DNA of 64,000 nucleotides from Nostoc sp. (GTDB lineage Bacteria; Cyanobacteriota; Cyanobacteriia; Cyanobacteriales; Nostocaceae): NCBI GenBank assembly GCA_036918135.1, contig JBALDB010000007.1, positions 1 to 64,000 of the forward strand, read 5' to 3'. Shown piece by piece: positions 1 to 9,380 of this stretch (position 1 is its first letter; each line of letters starts with the position of its first letter). The notes under the pieces were generated by a model. It saw only the letters and a program-made list of their open reading frames with translations, ran no database searches and was not told where the DNA came from. The position numbers and the translations under genes were made by a program.

Positions 1-225
1 CTCCTCTTCCTCACTTTCGCTTTCAGAATCTAATATTTTCTTGGTGGTATATGTATGATTATACTTTTGCTTTTTCTTTTTCTTTTCATCTTTCTCCTCT
101 TCCTCACTTTCGCTTTCAGAATCTAATATTTTCTTGGTGGTATATGTATGATTATACTTTTGCTTTTTCTTTTTCTTTTCATCTTTCTTCTCTTCCTCAC
201 TCCCGCTTTCAGGATCTAATATTTT
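1..225. repeat. 93-bp tandem repeat (2 full copies + partial; probably continues off-window) encoding KILDSESESEEEEKDEKKKKKQKYNHTYTTK on the minus strand
   Basis: The unit starting at 1 recurs at 94 and, more divergent, at 187. Confidence 0.95.
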
Positions 226-2088
226 GTTCGTATATGGAGGCTTGTCATTGCTAGTAGTAAACGAAGAAACCTTAATTCCCGCGGTTTTTAACCGTTCTAC
301 AGATTCATCCATATATTTTAGTTCTCCATATGTATTTTGGAAATACACATGAAAATCTGGGAAATTATATGTAGATTGTAATTGAAGAATTAAGTCCAAA
401 CAATTAGTATTGCCCTTGCCTTTTTTAGTTGTCTTTGGTCCACAAAAGAAGTTGTTTATCGTCAGATTCACCTTGCATTCTAAGGGGTTTATATCATTCT
501 CCTTGATGTATTGGTTGACCTGAGCTATTAATCCGTCTTCTGCATGGACATTCCGATCTACGTTCCGATCGTGAAAAATTATTTCTCCCTCTGGATGCCA
601 GATTGTAATCCTCCCAAGGGTGACTGAGCTAATATTAAAAGCACTCATTGCTGCATCAGGCCTGCTTTCGAGAGTATCCCTATCGGGTCTGTCTGGGAGT
701 TTAGGACCATGCTTTCCTGTGCTGTCTTCTGTACTCACTGCATAGTTCGGCTCATAACCTTTTTTTTGCAGGTATTTAGTGATATTGTCAAACAAATAAT
801 TAGTATAAACTGACTGCTTCCATTTCTCTGCCTCAGTTATCTGTTTTTCTATTTCTTTTTCCGCATCTGTTCCAAATATCGTTACTAATGCTGATTTAAG
901 TTCCTCCCTGCTTCTATATCGTCCTTTTTTATAACTTATTTTCCTCTGAAGTGTAGGCTCCATAGGTAGCATAGCAGTTTGTTTCATCTGTTTCGGTATC
1001 TTTTCCTTCGCTTTTGCTAATGAGGATTCGGAGGTGGTTTGTTGCGGTAACTGCTGCGGTGGTAAAGGCGATCGCTGCACCGCACCCCCATTCTGCTGCA
1101 CCACATGCGTCAACTCATGCGCCAACAACTCTTGCCCACCACGACTCCCAGGATTATATTCCCCCTGCCGAAAGAACACATCCTGTCCTGTCGTGAAAGC
1201 ACGTGCCTGAATTGACTGGTTTAACTCATCTGATTGACTATCTGTGTGAACCTTCACGCCACTGAAATCAGCCCCAAAAGCCTGTTCCATCGGTTGGCGG
1301 ATATTGTCCGCCATTGACTGTCCACTACCCCTTGCTTGGTTGATGGACGTTTCCAAGTCTGGGTTAGCAGCCATCCCAGCTTTTGCCTGACGCTGCACCA
1401 TCGGCGACTTTTGTAATTCTTCTTCCTCTTCCTCTGGTACTGACTCTCGTTGCAGCCTGCTAGTGTCGAGAGATTTGGTTTGTAATTCTTCTTCTTCCTC
1501 TTCTTCTGGCGCTGACTCTCGTTGCAGCCTGCTAGTGTCGAGAGATTTGGTTTGTAATTCTTCTTCCTCTTCTTCTGGCGTTGACTCTGGTTGCAGCGTG
1601 TTAGTCTCCAGAGATTTGGTTTGTAATTCTTCTTCTTCCTCTTCCTCTGGTACTGACTCTCGTTGTAGTGTGCTAATGTCCAGAGATTTAGTTTGTAATT
1701 CTTCTTCCTCTTCTTCTGGCGCTGACTCTCGTTGCACCACAGGCGTAATGGAACTTGCCAGAGGTTTCATTTGTAATTCTTCCTCTTGTGGCATTTGTTG
1801 GCGCTGGATAGACGAAGAATTTCCAGATTGTGCCAATTTTCCCATCACCTGTTGTGCAACAGTGTCAGCTTCTTGCTCGTAAATATCTCCTGGCTGATTA
1901 ACTGTGAGTTTGGTTTGGGGACGACGCAGTGGTATTCGACTAATGTCGTGGACTAAAGAGTTATCTGGCACTGCTTGAGATGAAGCAGCAGAAAACTGCG
2001 AACCAAAACCGGGTGTTGGTTGTCTGAGTGCAGGTATTGAGAAGGAATCTGGGGTAGTTTTTTTAGACTGAATGATGCGTTCTTTCAT
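1..2088 (-). CDS. eCIS cargo/polymorphic toxin: leader + acidic QR repeats + DUF4157 (HELTH) core + putative Zn-dependent nucleic-acid deaminase + Lys/Glu-rich repeats; 3' end lies outside the window
   Basis: Manual translation from ATG at 2088 (MKERIIQSKK...) is open to base 1. It contains HDISRIPLRRPQTKLTVNQPGDIYEQEAD, MEQAFGADFSGVKVHTD...ARAFTTGQDVFF...LLAHELTHVVQQ (His codon 1119-1117), then HAED (546-535), Cys (444-442) and Cys (402-400). Absent from the ORF track because no stop codon is in the window. Confidence 0.9.
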   Translation of the reverse strand, partial: MKERIIQSKKTTPDSFSIPALRQPTPGFGSQFSAASSQAVPDNSLVHDISRIPLRRPQTKLTVNQPGDIYEQEADTVAQQVMGKLAQSGNSSSIQRQQMPQEEELQMKPLASSITPVVQRESAPEEEEEELQTKSLDISTLQRESVPEEEEEEELQTKSLETNTLQPESTPEEEEEELQTKSLDTSRLQRESAPEEEEEEELQTKSLDTSRLQRESVPEEEEEELQKSPMVQRQAKAGMAANPDLETSINQARGSGQSMADNIRQPMEQAFGADFSGVKVHTDSQSDELNQSIQARAFTTGQDVFFRQGEYNPGSRGGQELLAHELTHVVQQNGGAVQRSPLPPQQLPQQTTSESSLAKAKEKIPKQMKQTAMLPMEPTLQRKISYKKGRYRSREELKSALVTIFGTDAEKEIEKQITEAEKWKQSVYTNYLFDNITKYLQKKGYEPNYAVSTEDSTGKHGPKLPDRPDRDTLESRPDAAMSAFNISSVTLGRITIWHPEGEIIFHDRNVDRNVHAEDGLIAQVNQYIKENDINPLECKVNLTINNFFCGPKTTKKGKGNTNCLDLILQLQSTYNFPDFHVYFQNTYGELKYMDESVERLKTAGIKVSSFTTSNDKPPYTNKILDPESGSEEEKKDEKKKKKQKYNHTYTTKKILDSESESEEEEKDEKKKKKQKYNHTYTTKKILDSESESEEEE
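1410..1790. repeat. ~60-63-bp coding tandem repeat (LQRESAPEEEEEELQTKSLDTSR-like, ~5-6 copies)
   Basis: Recurring ttgtaattcttcttcctcttc...ctgactctcgttg blocks. Confidence 0.9.
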
Positions 2089-2332
2089 GTTTTTCTGATG
2101 CCCAACCAGTTAGTAGATATATATTTGGCTGATACTACATTTATAGTATAGCGATCGCACCATGCACACAATGAATCAAAAGTCTACAGTAAATGCCAAA
2201 TCAAGTTTCTTATTGGGGATTGGGCATTAGTTAATAACAAATGACAAATGACTAATAACAAGTTCGACTTTTGGCTACTTTTGATTCTGATGGACTACCT
2301 TTAGCCTTGATTGTAGGAGAGTTTTTTTATTT

Positions 2333-2569
2333 ATGGATTCATATCAGGAACAAACTTTTTCTACATTTAATGGAGATGTTGGCAGTACGGCTGGATACGC
2401 CGGACTTGCAATGACTTCTGATGCCAGCATTGCTCAAACTGCAAGTAAATACCTCAACGATTCACTACTGCTGAACGAACTCACAGAGCAGGTGTATAAA
2501 ATTTTGCAAGAAGATTTGCGATCGCAGCGGGAAAGAACAGGTGATTATAGTTCTCATAGGTGGTTGTGA
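2333..2569 (+). CDS. Small CIS-locus hypothetical protein
   Basis: 78 aa. AGGAG upstream; stop overlaps the next ATG (TGATG at 2567-2571). C-terminal motif LNELTEQVYKILQEDLRSQRERTG. Confidence 0.75.
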   Translation: MDSYQEQTFSTFNGDVGSTAGYAGLAMTSDASIAQTASKYLNDSLLLNELTEQVYKILQEDLRSQRERTGDYSSHRWL

Positions 2570-3093
2570 TGGCTGGAAATGGTAATAACGGCAAAGTAAC
2601 TCACGAATTAAATTATGTTACTAGTAATCGTTTTTATGTAGAAATAGATAGTTCTATTGCTGCATCTTTCAATGAATGTACGGGATTAAGCGTTCAAATT
2701 AAGAAAAATGTTTTTCAAGAAGGTGGTGTCAACGACCAGCAAAGAATTTATTTAGGACATACAGAATTTGCAGATGTAACTCTTAAACGCGGAGTTACCG
2801 ACCATCCAGGTTTTTGGAATTGGATTAATGCAGTTTTTGACGAACAAAAGAAAACATCTCGACGCAATGTAAATATTCTGATTTTCAATCAATCTGGTGA
2901 AACGATGATGAGTTGGACTTTGATTGGTGCTATTCCAGTAACTTGGAAAACACCTACACTCCAAGCAGATGGTAAGGCAGTTGCTATTGAAGAATTAACT
3001 TTAGCTTATGAAGGTTTAAAAGTTGCCAGAACTACAGGAGGAGGCAATTCTGTAGATCGGAATGCAAAAACAGGATATTTCGCTTCTAGTTAA
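2569..3093 (+). CDS. Phage T4 gp19-like tail tube protein (Afp1/Afp5-like)
   Basis: NRFYVEID...FNECTGL...EGGVND...DVTLKRGVT...W...RRNVNILIFNQSGE...W..P.L.ADG.AVAIEELTLAYEGL. ATG at 2569 is coupled to the upstream stop. Confidence 0.9.
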   Translation: MAGNGNNGKVTHELNYVTSNRFYVEIDSSIAASFNECTGLSVQIKKNVFQEGGVNDQQRIYLGHTEFADVTLKRGVTDHPGFWNWINAVFDEQKKTSRRNVNILIFNQSGETMMSWTLIGAIPVTWKTPTLQADGKAVAIEELTLAYEGLKVARTTGGGNSVDRNAKTGYFASS

Positions 3094-3116
3094 TTGATTC
3101 TTTTTCAAGTACAACT

Positions 3117-6100
3117 ATGCAAATAATTCAAAATCCATTAGGAAATATTCATCCACTTGGGATAAGCTCATCTTTAGCTAATACTCACAGATTAGGATTA
3201 ACAAAAGAGTCAAATTTACTGCATTCAAAAAGTAACATTATCAGTCCTATACAAACAAAATCGCCATTAGTCACATCTTCTCAATTTTTCTTGTCTCGCG
3301 AGCAAGAACCATCGATAAAACCGTTAATTGGATGGGATAGTTGGAATAATCAAGATACCAATGGTGAGTTGCCATTTATTGACTTTAATCCTTTAGAATC
3401 AATCAATTCAGAAGAAAATAATTTTCCTAATAATGAATTAGTAAAAAGTAATACTTCGGTAATAATACCAAATCTCATTGAAAATCATGAAAATAATGAT
3501 AGTTCAAAAAAAGTAAATGTTCAAACTAAAACTAAATCTAATTCTAAAAAAACTAATAAATCTCAACAAAAACCAAAAGCTAAGACACAATCAAGAAATA
3601 AAAAATCAGTTAAATCCTCTCCAGCTAAGAATGTTCTACAAGCTGCTGAAGCAAGTAATATTCTCAATAATCCTCACGAAGATATCTTCATAGCAAAAAA
3701 GGAAACTCTCTCTGCTGAGATTAATTCAGAAGTACCCATATTAAAACATAATTTCGGTTTATCTGGTTTAGATGATACTACAGATGATAATGATTCTCCA
3801 AATAGTATTACGCCTAGCATAACGACATCTACTTGGTCTGATGCTGAAGAACAACCAAGTTTGTTTAGGAAAATTGGCAACGAAGAACTACAAGAAATTT
3901 CTGAGTTACCATTTACTTTACCTACTACAGAGCCATCTGTTCCAGAAAGTATTTCGCCATTTCCACAAAAAACTAGATTAGACGAAAACACAACTGAATT
4001 AGCAGAAAATTCACCTAGAGAATTTTCTTCGCTTACTAATGTACAAGAAAATTATACTCTTTCTAAGAAGTTCAAAAATCAACAATTAGATACTGAAGCC
4101 TCACAAACATTTGAAATTTCAGATATTCCGATTAGTGTAGTACCTTCACAACAAGATGTTGAAATATCTCAAGTTACTGCTAATAATCAAAGTAGTACTC
4201 CTCTGAATAATTTCATTCAAAAACAAGAAGTATCACCAATCTCAAGTTCTCAGTCTCAGCAAGAAGAGTTACTAAATATAAGAAGTAATAATCTTGAAGC
4301 AATTACAGCCATTGAGCCAGATTTTATATCAGAAAGTACTACAAATGATTTTGTTACCGAGAATTCTTTAGGAAATGTATCTATACCATCAGTAGTTAAT
4401 TTCCCTAGTATAAATGAAGTACCTACTTTACTCGCTCCTTTAGTAAACTCTCAACAATCAGTAGAATCGAATATACCATATACTTTACCTAATTCTCAAC
4501 CTTCACTTACGAAAAATCCAATTACAGTCAAACAAGAAATTGATTCTAGTGTTACGAGTGATTCTCTAGCCTCTGCACCTATTCAGTTAACACCTAACTC
4601 GAACAAGATTGAAGAGATAAAAAGTAATTTTCTAAAACATAATGAAAACGAACAATTAGTAACTTCAGAGTTTCAGTCTGCTGTGCCGGGTAATATCTCA
4701 GATATTCCAGCAAATGTAATTTCACTCCAACCTGACAATAATCTTGAGAATACTATCAGTGAATCTATAAAAAATCAGCCTATCTTAGCACTACCTGAGA
4801 TTGTTGAGGCACCAAAAGTCAGCAATATTTTTCCTGAGATTGTTGAAGCACCAAAAATTAGTAACGTATCTTCTAAGATAGTTCCTGACTTTTCGCCTGA
4901 AGTGGAAAAAACACCAAATCTAATCTCTCAAGCACCATCTCTACCTCTGGTTAATCCTCTGCAAACAAAACAGGAAAATGAGAAAACTTTTGTTACCTCG
5001 AATCAGGAAAATTCAATGCCTCTCTCCTACAACCAAATAGATTTAGAGACAGGTTTTCCAAATTCTGTAACAAGTCAGGAGATTGTCCAAACAGCAAAAG
5101 TTAGCAATGTATTCCCTGAGATTAGCGAACCACCAACAGTTAACGCTACATCGTCTGAAATTATTTCTGACTTTTCACCTGAAGTTGAAAAAACACCAAA
5201 CCTAACCCCTCAAGCGACATCTCTACCTCTGGTTAATCCTCTGCAAATAAAACAGGAAAATGAAAAAACTTTTGTCACCTCGAATCAGGAAAATTTAAAG
5301 CCTCTCTCCTACAACCAAATAGATTTAGAGACAGGTTTTACAAATTCTGTGACAAGTCAAGAGGTTGTGCAAACAGCAAAAATTAGCAATATATTTCCTG
5401 AGATTAGTGAACCACCAGCAGTTAACGCTACATCGCCTGAAATTATTTCTGACTTTTCACCTGATGTAGAAAAAACACCAAACCTAACCTCTCAACCGCC
5501 ATCTCTACCTCTAGCTAACCCTCTGCAAACAAAACATCAAAGTGAAAAAACTTTTATCAACTCGAATCAGGAAAATTCAAAGCCTCTGTTTGATGAAGAA
5601 AGAGATTTGGACACAGGGTTTCCAGATTCTGTAATAAGTCAGGAGATTGTGCAAACAGCACAAGTTAACGATGTATCGCCTGAGATTGGTGAACCACCAA
5701 AAATTAACGATGTGTCATCAATTGTGGAAACATCGAGTATTTTCCGAAAAATAGTTGAAAATAAACAAATAGTAGAATCAGAATTATTAGGAGCGATCGC
5801 TAATTCTGAAAACTCTGAAATTTTAACCTTTGTTGATACCTCAGATAATCAAGATATCTCAGAAAAATCAACTTTTTCCCAAAATCAGCTAAGCACACCT
5901 CCTCAAGTTGAACAAAATACTACTATTAAAAATTTAGCAGCACCTAAAGGTTATGCTACTGGTGGTCAGGTAAGAGACTCGCATCATCAAAATAATCAGT
6001 ACATTGCACCCTCAGATACAATACCTGCAATGCTGACACCTGGCGAGTTTGTGATTAATACCAGGGATGCACAGAAAAATCTACCTCTACTACACCACAT

Positions 6101-6836
6101 CAACACTGGTGGTACACCGGACGATATTATTCTTCCAAGTTTACAGATACCCAATCTTAAAGAACCAGAACAAAAAACTTCACTAGAGAATTCGACTAAA
6201 GTCGATTCTTTTCCGGATACTTCCTTACAGCTAAAAAACCTCGATCAGCAATCACCTGAAGAATCTAATTCTTTAATTCCTGCTTCCTTGGGGTTAAATA
6301 CTGGAAAGAAACTTTCGGTACTCAATTCTCCTCAACTTAGTACTGTTGAAAACAAAAAGACTGATGTGGGTGAAACTTCACCTCAATACTCATCGCCTTC
6401 ACTGATTTTTAGAAAAGCAAATTCTACTACTAATACACCTTCTCAATGGTCAGACACACCTTCTCAATGGTCAAATGTAGAACAATTATTCAATAGTGAT
6501 AATGATGAATTTTCCAGCTTCTTTAGCAGTGGGGAATCTAATAGTCAAAATTCTGATTTTTCTAGTGTTTTTACATCAGAATATTCACAAGTTCCTAAAT
6601 ACGTTTCTGCACCTAGAGGCTTTGCTGATGGTGGAGAAGTCACTGCACCCGCATCTGTAAACACACAACCGATAACTGAAACGATAGAAAGCTCTGCTCC
6701 TAATGAAGAAGTAAATAATAAAGATGATACAGCAAATTTGGAAGCTTTAGCCAGAGAAATTTATAGTAGATTACGCCAACGTTTGGAAATTGAACGAGAA
6801 CGTCATGGCGGTTTCTCAGGTCGTTTACCTTGGTAA
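3117..6836 (+). CDS. Large low-complexity CIS protein, putative tape-measure-like
   Basis: Ser/Asn/Glu/Pro-rich 1239 aa. GYATGG...SDTIPAMLTPGEFVIN and GFADGG motifs resemble phage tape-measure C-termini. Lies between the tube and Afp7-like genes. Confidence 0.65.
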   Translation: MQIIQNPLGNIHPLGISSSLANTHRLGLTKESNLLHSKSNIISPIQTKSPLVTSSQFFLSREQEPSIKPLIGWDSWNNQDTNGELPFIDFNPLESINSEENNFPNNELVKSNTSVIIPNLIENHENNDSSKKVNVQTKTKSNSKKTNKSQQKPKAKTQSRNKKSVKSSPAKNVLQAAEASNILNNPHEDIFIAKKETLSAEINSEVPILKHNFGLSGLDDTTDDNDSPNSITPSITTSTWSDAEEQPSLFRKIGNEELQEISELPFTLPTTEPSVPESISPFPQKTRLDENTTELAENSPREFSSLTNVQENYTLSKKFKNQQLDTEASQTFEISDIPISVVPSQQDVEISQVTANNQSSTPLNNFIQKQEVSPISSSQSQQEELLNIRSNNLEAITAIEPDFISESTTNDFVTENSLGNVSIPSVVNFPSINEVPTLLAPLVNSQQSVESNIPYTLPNSQPSLTKNPITVKQEIDSSVTSDSLASAPIQLTPNSNKIEEIKSNFLKHNENEQLVTSEFQSAVPGNISDIPANVISLQPDNNLENTISESIKNQPILALPEIVEAPKVSNIFPEIVEAPKISNVSSKIVPDFSPEVEKTPNLISQAPSLPLVNPLQTKQENEKTFVTSNQENSMPLSYNQIDLETGFPNSVTSQEIVQTAKVSNVFPEISEPPTVNATSSEIISDFSPEVEKTPNLTPQATSLPLVNPLQIKQENEKTFVTSNQENLKPLSYNQIDLETGFTNSVTSQEVVQTAKISNIFPEISEPPAVNATSPEIISDFSPDVEKTPNLTSQPPSLPLANPLQTKHQSEKTFINSNQENSKPLFDEERDLDTGFPDSVISQEIVQTAQVNDVSPEIGEPPKINDVSSIVETSSIFRKIVENKQIVESELLGAIANSENSEILTFVDTSDNQDISEKSTFSQNQLSTPPQVEQNTTIKNLAAPKGYATGGQVRDSHHQNNQYIAPSDTIPAMLTPGEFVINTRDAQKNLPLLHHINTGGTPDDIILPSLQIPNLKEPEQKTSLENSTKVDSFPDTSLQLKNLDQQSPEESNSLIPASLGLNTGKKLSVLNSPQLSTVENKKTDVGETSPQYSSPSLIFRKANSTTNTPSQWSDTPSQWSNVEQLFNSDNDEFSSFFSSGESNSQNSDFSSVFTSEYSQVPKYVSAPRGFADGGEVTAPASVNTQPITETIESSAPNEEVNNKDDTANLEALAREIYSRLRQRLEIERERHGGFSGRLPW
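4884..5715. repeat. 282-bp (94-aa) internal repeat, ~3 copies
   Basis: (c/t)ctgacttttc.cctga.gt.gaaaaaacaccaaa at 4884, 5166 and 5448. Confidence 0.9.
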
Positions 6837-6869
6837 ATCTCATTAAGCCAATTTAGGAGAAATATTCAA

Positions 6870-7421
6870 ATGGCAACTCCAGCAATTATTGTTACTCAGA
6901 AGCGTCAACCCCAACTTGAGAAAGCCAAACTTGTAGCTTATAACGGTGAAGCACCAGATTTTGAGTTGATGTTTAATCCCACAGAAATTAGTTTTAGTCG
7001 AACTGTTGAGTGGAAAAGTAATGATGGAAATAGAGGTACAGAACTGCTGCCAAAGGTTAACTTTTCTGGCGTGAAACCTTACACGTTTAGCCTGAAACAG
7101 TTATTATTTGATACTTATGAAACTAAAGAATCGGTAATGACAAAGTATGTAGACAAAATCAAGAAAGGCGTAGAAACAATTAAAGGAGCAGCTGACAAAC
7201 GTCCACCTGTTTACATATTAACATGGGGAACTGTGTACTTTTATTGTGTAATCACAAAGTTAACTTACACACTAAATATGTTTCTCACTGATGGCACACC
7301 AGTTAGGGCAATGGTAGATATAGACTTGCAAGAAGTAGATAAAAATAATCTTCCTGGGGGAAAAGAATCTAAATCTAAAGGCAAAGACCGGAAAGCAGAT
7401 CCAAAGGTGGCAAAAAATTAA
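6870..7421 (+). CDS. CIS tube-initiator / Afp7-like protein (no LysM visible)
   Basis: LEKAKL...LMFNPTEISFSRTVEW...LLFDTYE...RPP..ILTWG....CVITKL.YTL.MFLTDGTPVRAMVDIDLQE. AGGAG RBS. Confidence 0.85.
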   Translation: MATPAIIVTQKRQPQLEKAKLVAYNGEAPDFELMFNPTEISFSRTVEWKSNDGNRGTELLPKVNFSGVKPYTFSLKQLLFDTYETKESVMTKYVDKIKKGVETIKGAADKRPPVYILTWGTVYFYCVITKLTYTLNMFLTDGTPVRAMVDIDLQEVDKNNLPGGKESKSKGKDRKADPKVAKN

Positions 7422-7508
7422 TGAGTAGAAAAAGTAGGCGAAAATAACTCCTAAATACTGAATTTATCCCTCTAAAGTTTTTCATTTAATATTATTAACC
7501 GATAGTTT

Positions 7509-9242
7509 ATGCCTGACGTAAATCTTTATCTAAGCGAACCTATATTTGAAATAGAAGGAAAGGCTGCTTCTCCTGAACTAATGAAAGATTTGCTACAAAT
7601 TACTGTAGAAGAAAGTATGCATTTACCAGCAATATTTACGCTGGTAATACATAATAGCTATCTTCCCACATCTGAACGTCCACAAAACCAACCTTGGCGA
7701 CACGAAAAGTTTTTTAAAATTGGTAATAAAGTAACCTTAGGTTTTAAATCGGGTACTACTCAAAATCAAAATTTTAAAGAGGAGAAAAGGAAAATTTTGA
7801 TTGAAGGGGAAATTACCGGGATGGAAGTTCACTTCAATGAGAAATCGGAAGCTAATATAATTGTTCGTGGTTATGATATATCGCATCGCCTTCACAGAGG
7901 TCGCTATAATCGTTCTTTTTTAAATACAACTGATAGCAAAATAGTCAAAAAAATCGCTCAAGAAACAGGGATAAAAATTGGCAAAATAGATGAAAGTGGC
8001 GAAGTTCATAAGTATGTATTTCAAGAAAATCAAACTAATATGGAGTTCTTGCAAGAAAGAGCCGCCCGTATTGGTTTTGATTTATTTATTACAGATGACA
8101 AAATAAATTTTTGCAAACCAGAAAGTCAGACATCTTTAGTATTGAAATGGCTAGTTGATATTAGTAAATTTAGTACTCGTGTCACTAGTGCTGAACAGGT
8201 GACATCTGTGGAAGTACGTGGCTGGGACTATACCCAAAAAAGATTGATTACCTCAACAGCCACCAAAGAGAAGCAAATGACCCAGACAGGTAATAAGCTA
8301 GGAAGTAGTACCAGTAAAGCATTTCGCAATCTGCAAACTCCCAAAATGATTGTTGTAGATAAACCTGTTGCTAACAAAAAACAAGCAGACAAAATGGCTC
8401 AGGCTTTGTGTGATGAACTGGGAGGAGAATTTGTTTATGCAGATGCAAAAGCAGTGGGAAATCCAGAAATTCGACCCAGAGGAGTGATTCGTCTTGATGG
8501 TATGGGCGATCGCTATAATGGTCAGTATTATGTCACCGAAACACGTCACTTTTACAATGGGCGGGTTTATGAAACCGAGTTCGGTGTGCGCGGGTTGCGT
8601 GCTGCTAACTTATTCACAACTCTATCCGCAAAAAAACATTTACAGCCATCTGAGACTTTATTAGTAGGAATTGTAACTGATAATCAAGACCCACAGAAAT
8701 GGGGGAGAGTGAAAGTCAAGTTTCCTACTCTCACAGAAGAAGATACAAGTGACTGGGCGAGAGTTGTAGCTGTGGGAGCAGGGTCAAACAGAGGTTTCGA
8801 CTGTTTACCAGAAATAAACGATGAAGTATTAGTAGGTTTTGAGCATGGCGATATCCATCGTCCTTACGTCATTGGCGGCGTATGGAATGGCAAAGACGCA
8901 CCACCAGAAAAAGTAAATGATTCAGTTGGTGGACGTGGTGTAAGATTACGCACGATTAAAACTCGTGTTGGGCATACTCTACAGTTTATCGAAGAAGATA
9001 AAGCCACCAGTAAAACAGGTATTCGTATAGAAACTCAAGCTGGTCACAAAATATATCTCAATGATAGTCAGAAGTGTATAGAAATTGAAACCAGAGGCGG
9101 TCATAGAATCAAAATGGACGACTTGGGTAGATCTGTTTCAGTCAAATCAACAGGTAATATGTCATTAGATGCTGCTGGTAATATTGATATTTCAGCTACT
9201 GGTACAATTACGGTCAAAGGTGCATTAATTCGCCTTAATTAA
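7509..9242 (+). CDS. VgrG-like spike protein (gp27/gp5 OB-fold; Afp8-like)
   Basis: Q.NQTNMEFLQERAARIG; GIVTDNQDPQKWGRVKVKFP...WARV...LPEINDEVLVGFEHGDIHRPYVIGGVWNG; C-terminal beta-helix-like repeats. Confidence 0.92.
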   Translation: MPDVNLYLSEPIFEIEGKAASPELMKDLLQITVEESMHLPAIFTLVIHNSYLPTSERPQNQPWRHEKFFKIGNKVTLGFKSGTTQNQNFKEEKRKILIEGEITGMEVHFNEKSEANIIVRGYDISHRLHRGRYNRSFLNTTDSKIVKKIAQETGIKIGKIDESGEVHKYVFQENQTNMEFLQERAARIGFDLFITDDKINFCKPESQTSLVLKWLVDISKFSTRVTSAEQVTSVEVRGWDYTQKRLITSTATKEKQMTQTGNKLGSSTSKAFRNLQTPKMIVVDKPVANKKQADKMAQALCDELGGEFVYADAKAVGNPEIRPRGVIRLDGMGDRYNGQYYVTETRHFYNGRVYETEFGVRGLRAANLFTTLSAKKHLQPSETLLVGIVTDNQDPQKWGRVKVKFPTLTEEDTSDWARVVAVGAGSNRGFDCLPEINDEVLVGFEHGDIHRPYVIGGVWNGKDAPPEKVNDSVGGRGVRLRTIKTRVGHTLQFIEEDKATSKTGIRIETQAGHKIYLNDSQKCIEIETRGGHRIKMDDLGRSVSVKSTGNMSLDAAGNIDISATGTITVKGALIRLN

Positions 9243-9380
9243 TTTGTACTGGAGTTTAGACTTAAGAGCAGGGGCTGACGCTCTTAACCAGAGGCTAAAA
9301 GCGTAGCTTGCTTCTCTGTAAGAGTACGTGGACTCGCTAACGTAGTTCGTAATTCATAACAAACATAATAGGAGGTTGTG

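Noticed and set aside
750..770. Frameshift at the poly-T/A run in cargo 1
   Set aside because: The run of 8 keeps the frame (CTG CAA AAA AAA GGT). HAE and both Cys codons are in frame with the ATG at 2088.
51..1882. Plus-strand ORFs 51..254, 1014..1196 and 1463..1882 (Cys/Ser-rich, superficially RiPP-precursor-like)
   Set aside because: They are antisense shadows of the repeats in the real minus-strand cargo gene 1..2088, and no modification enzymes are nearby.
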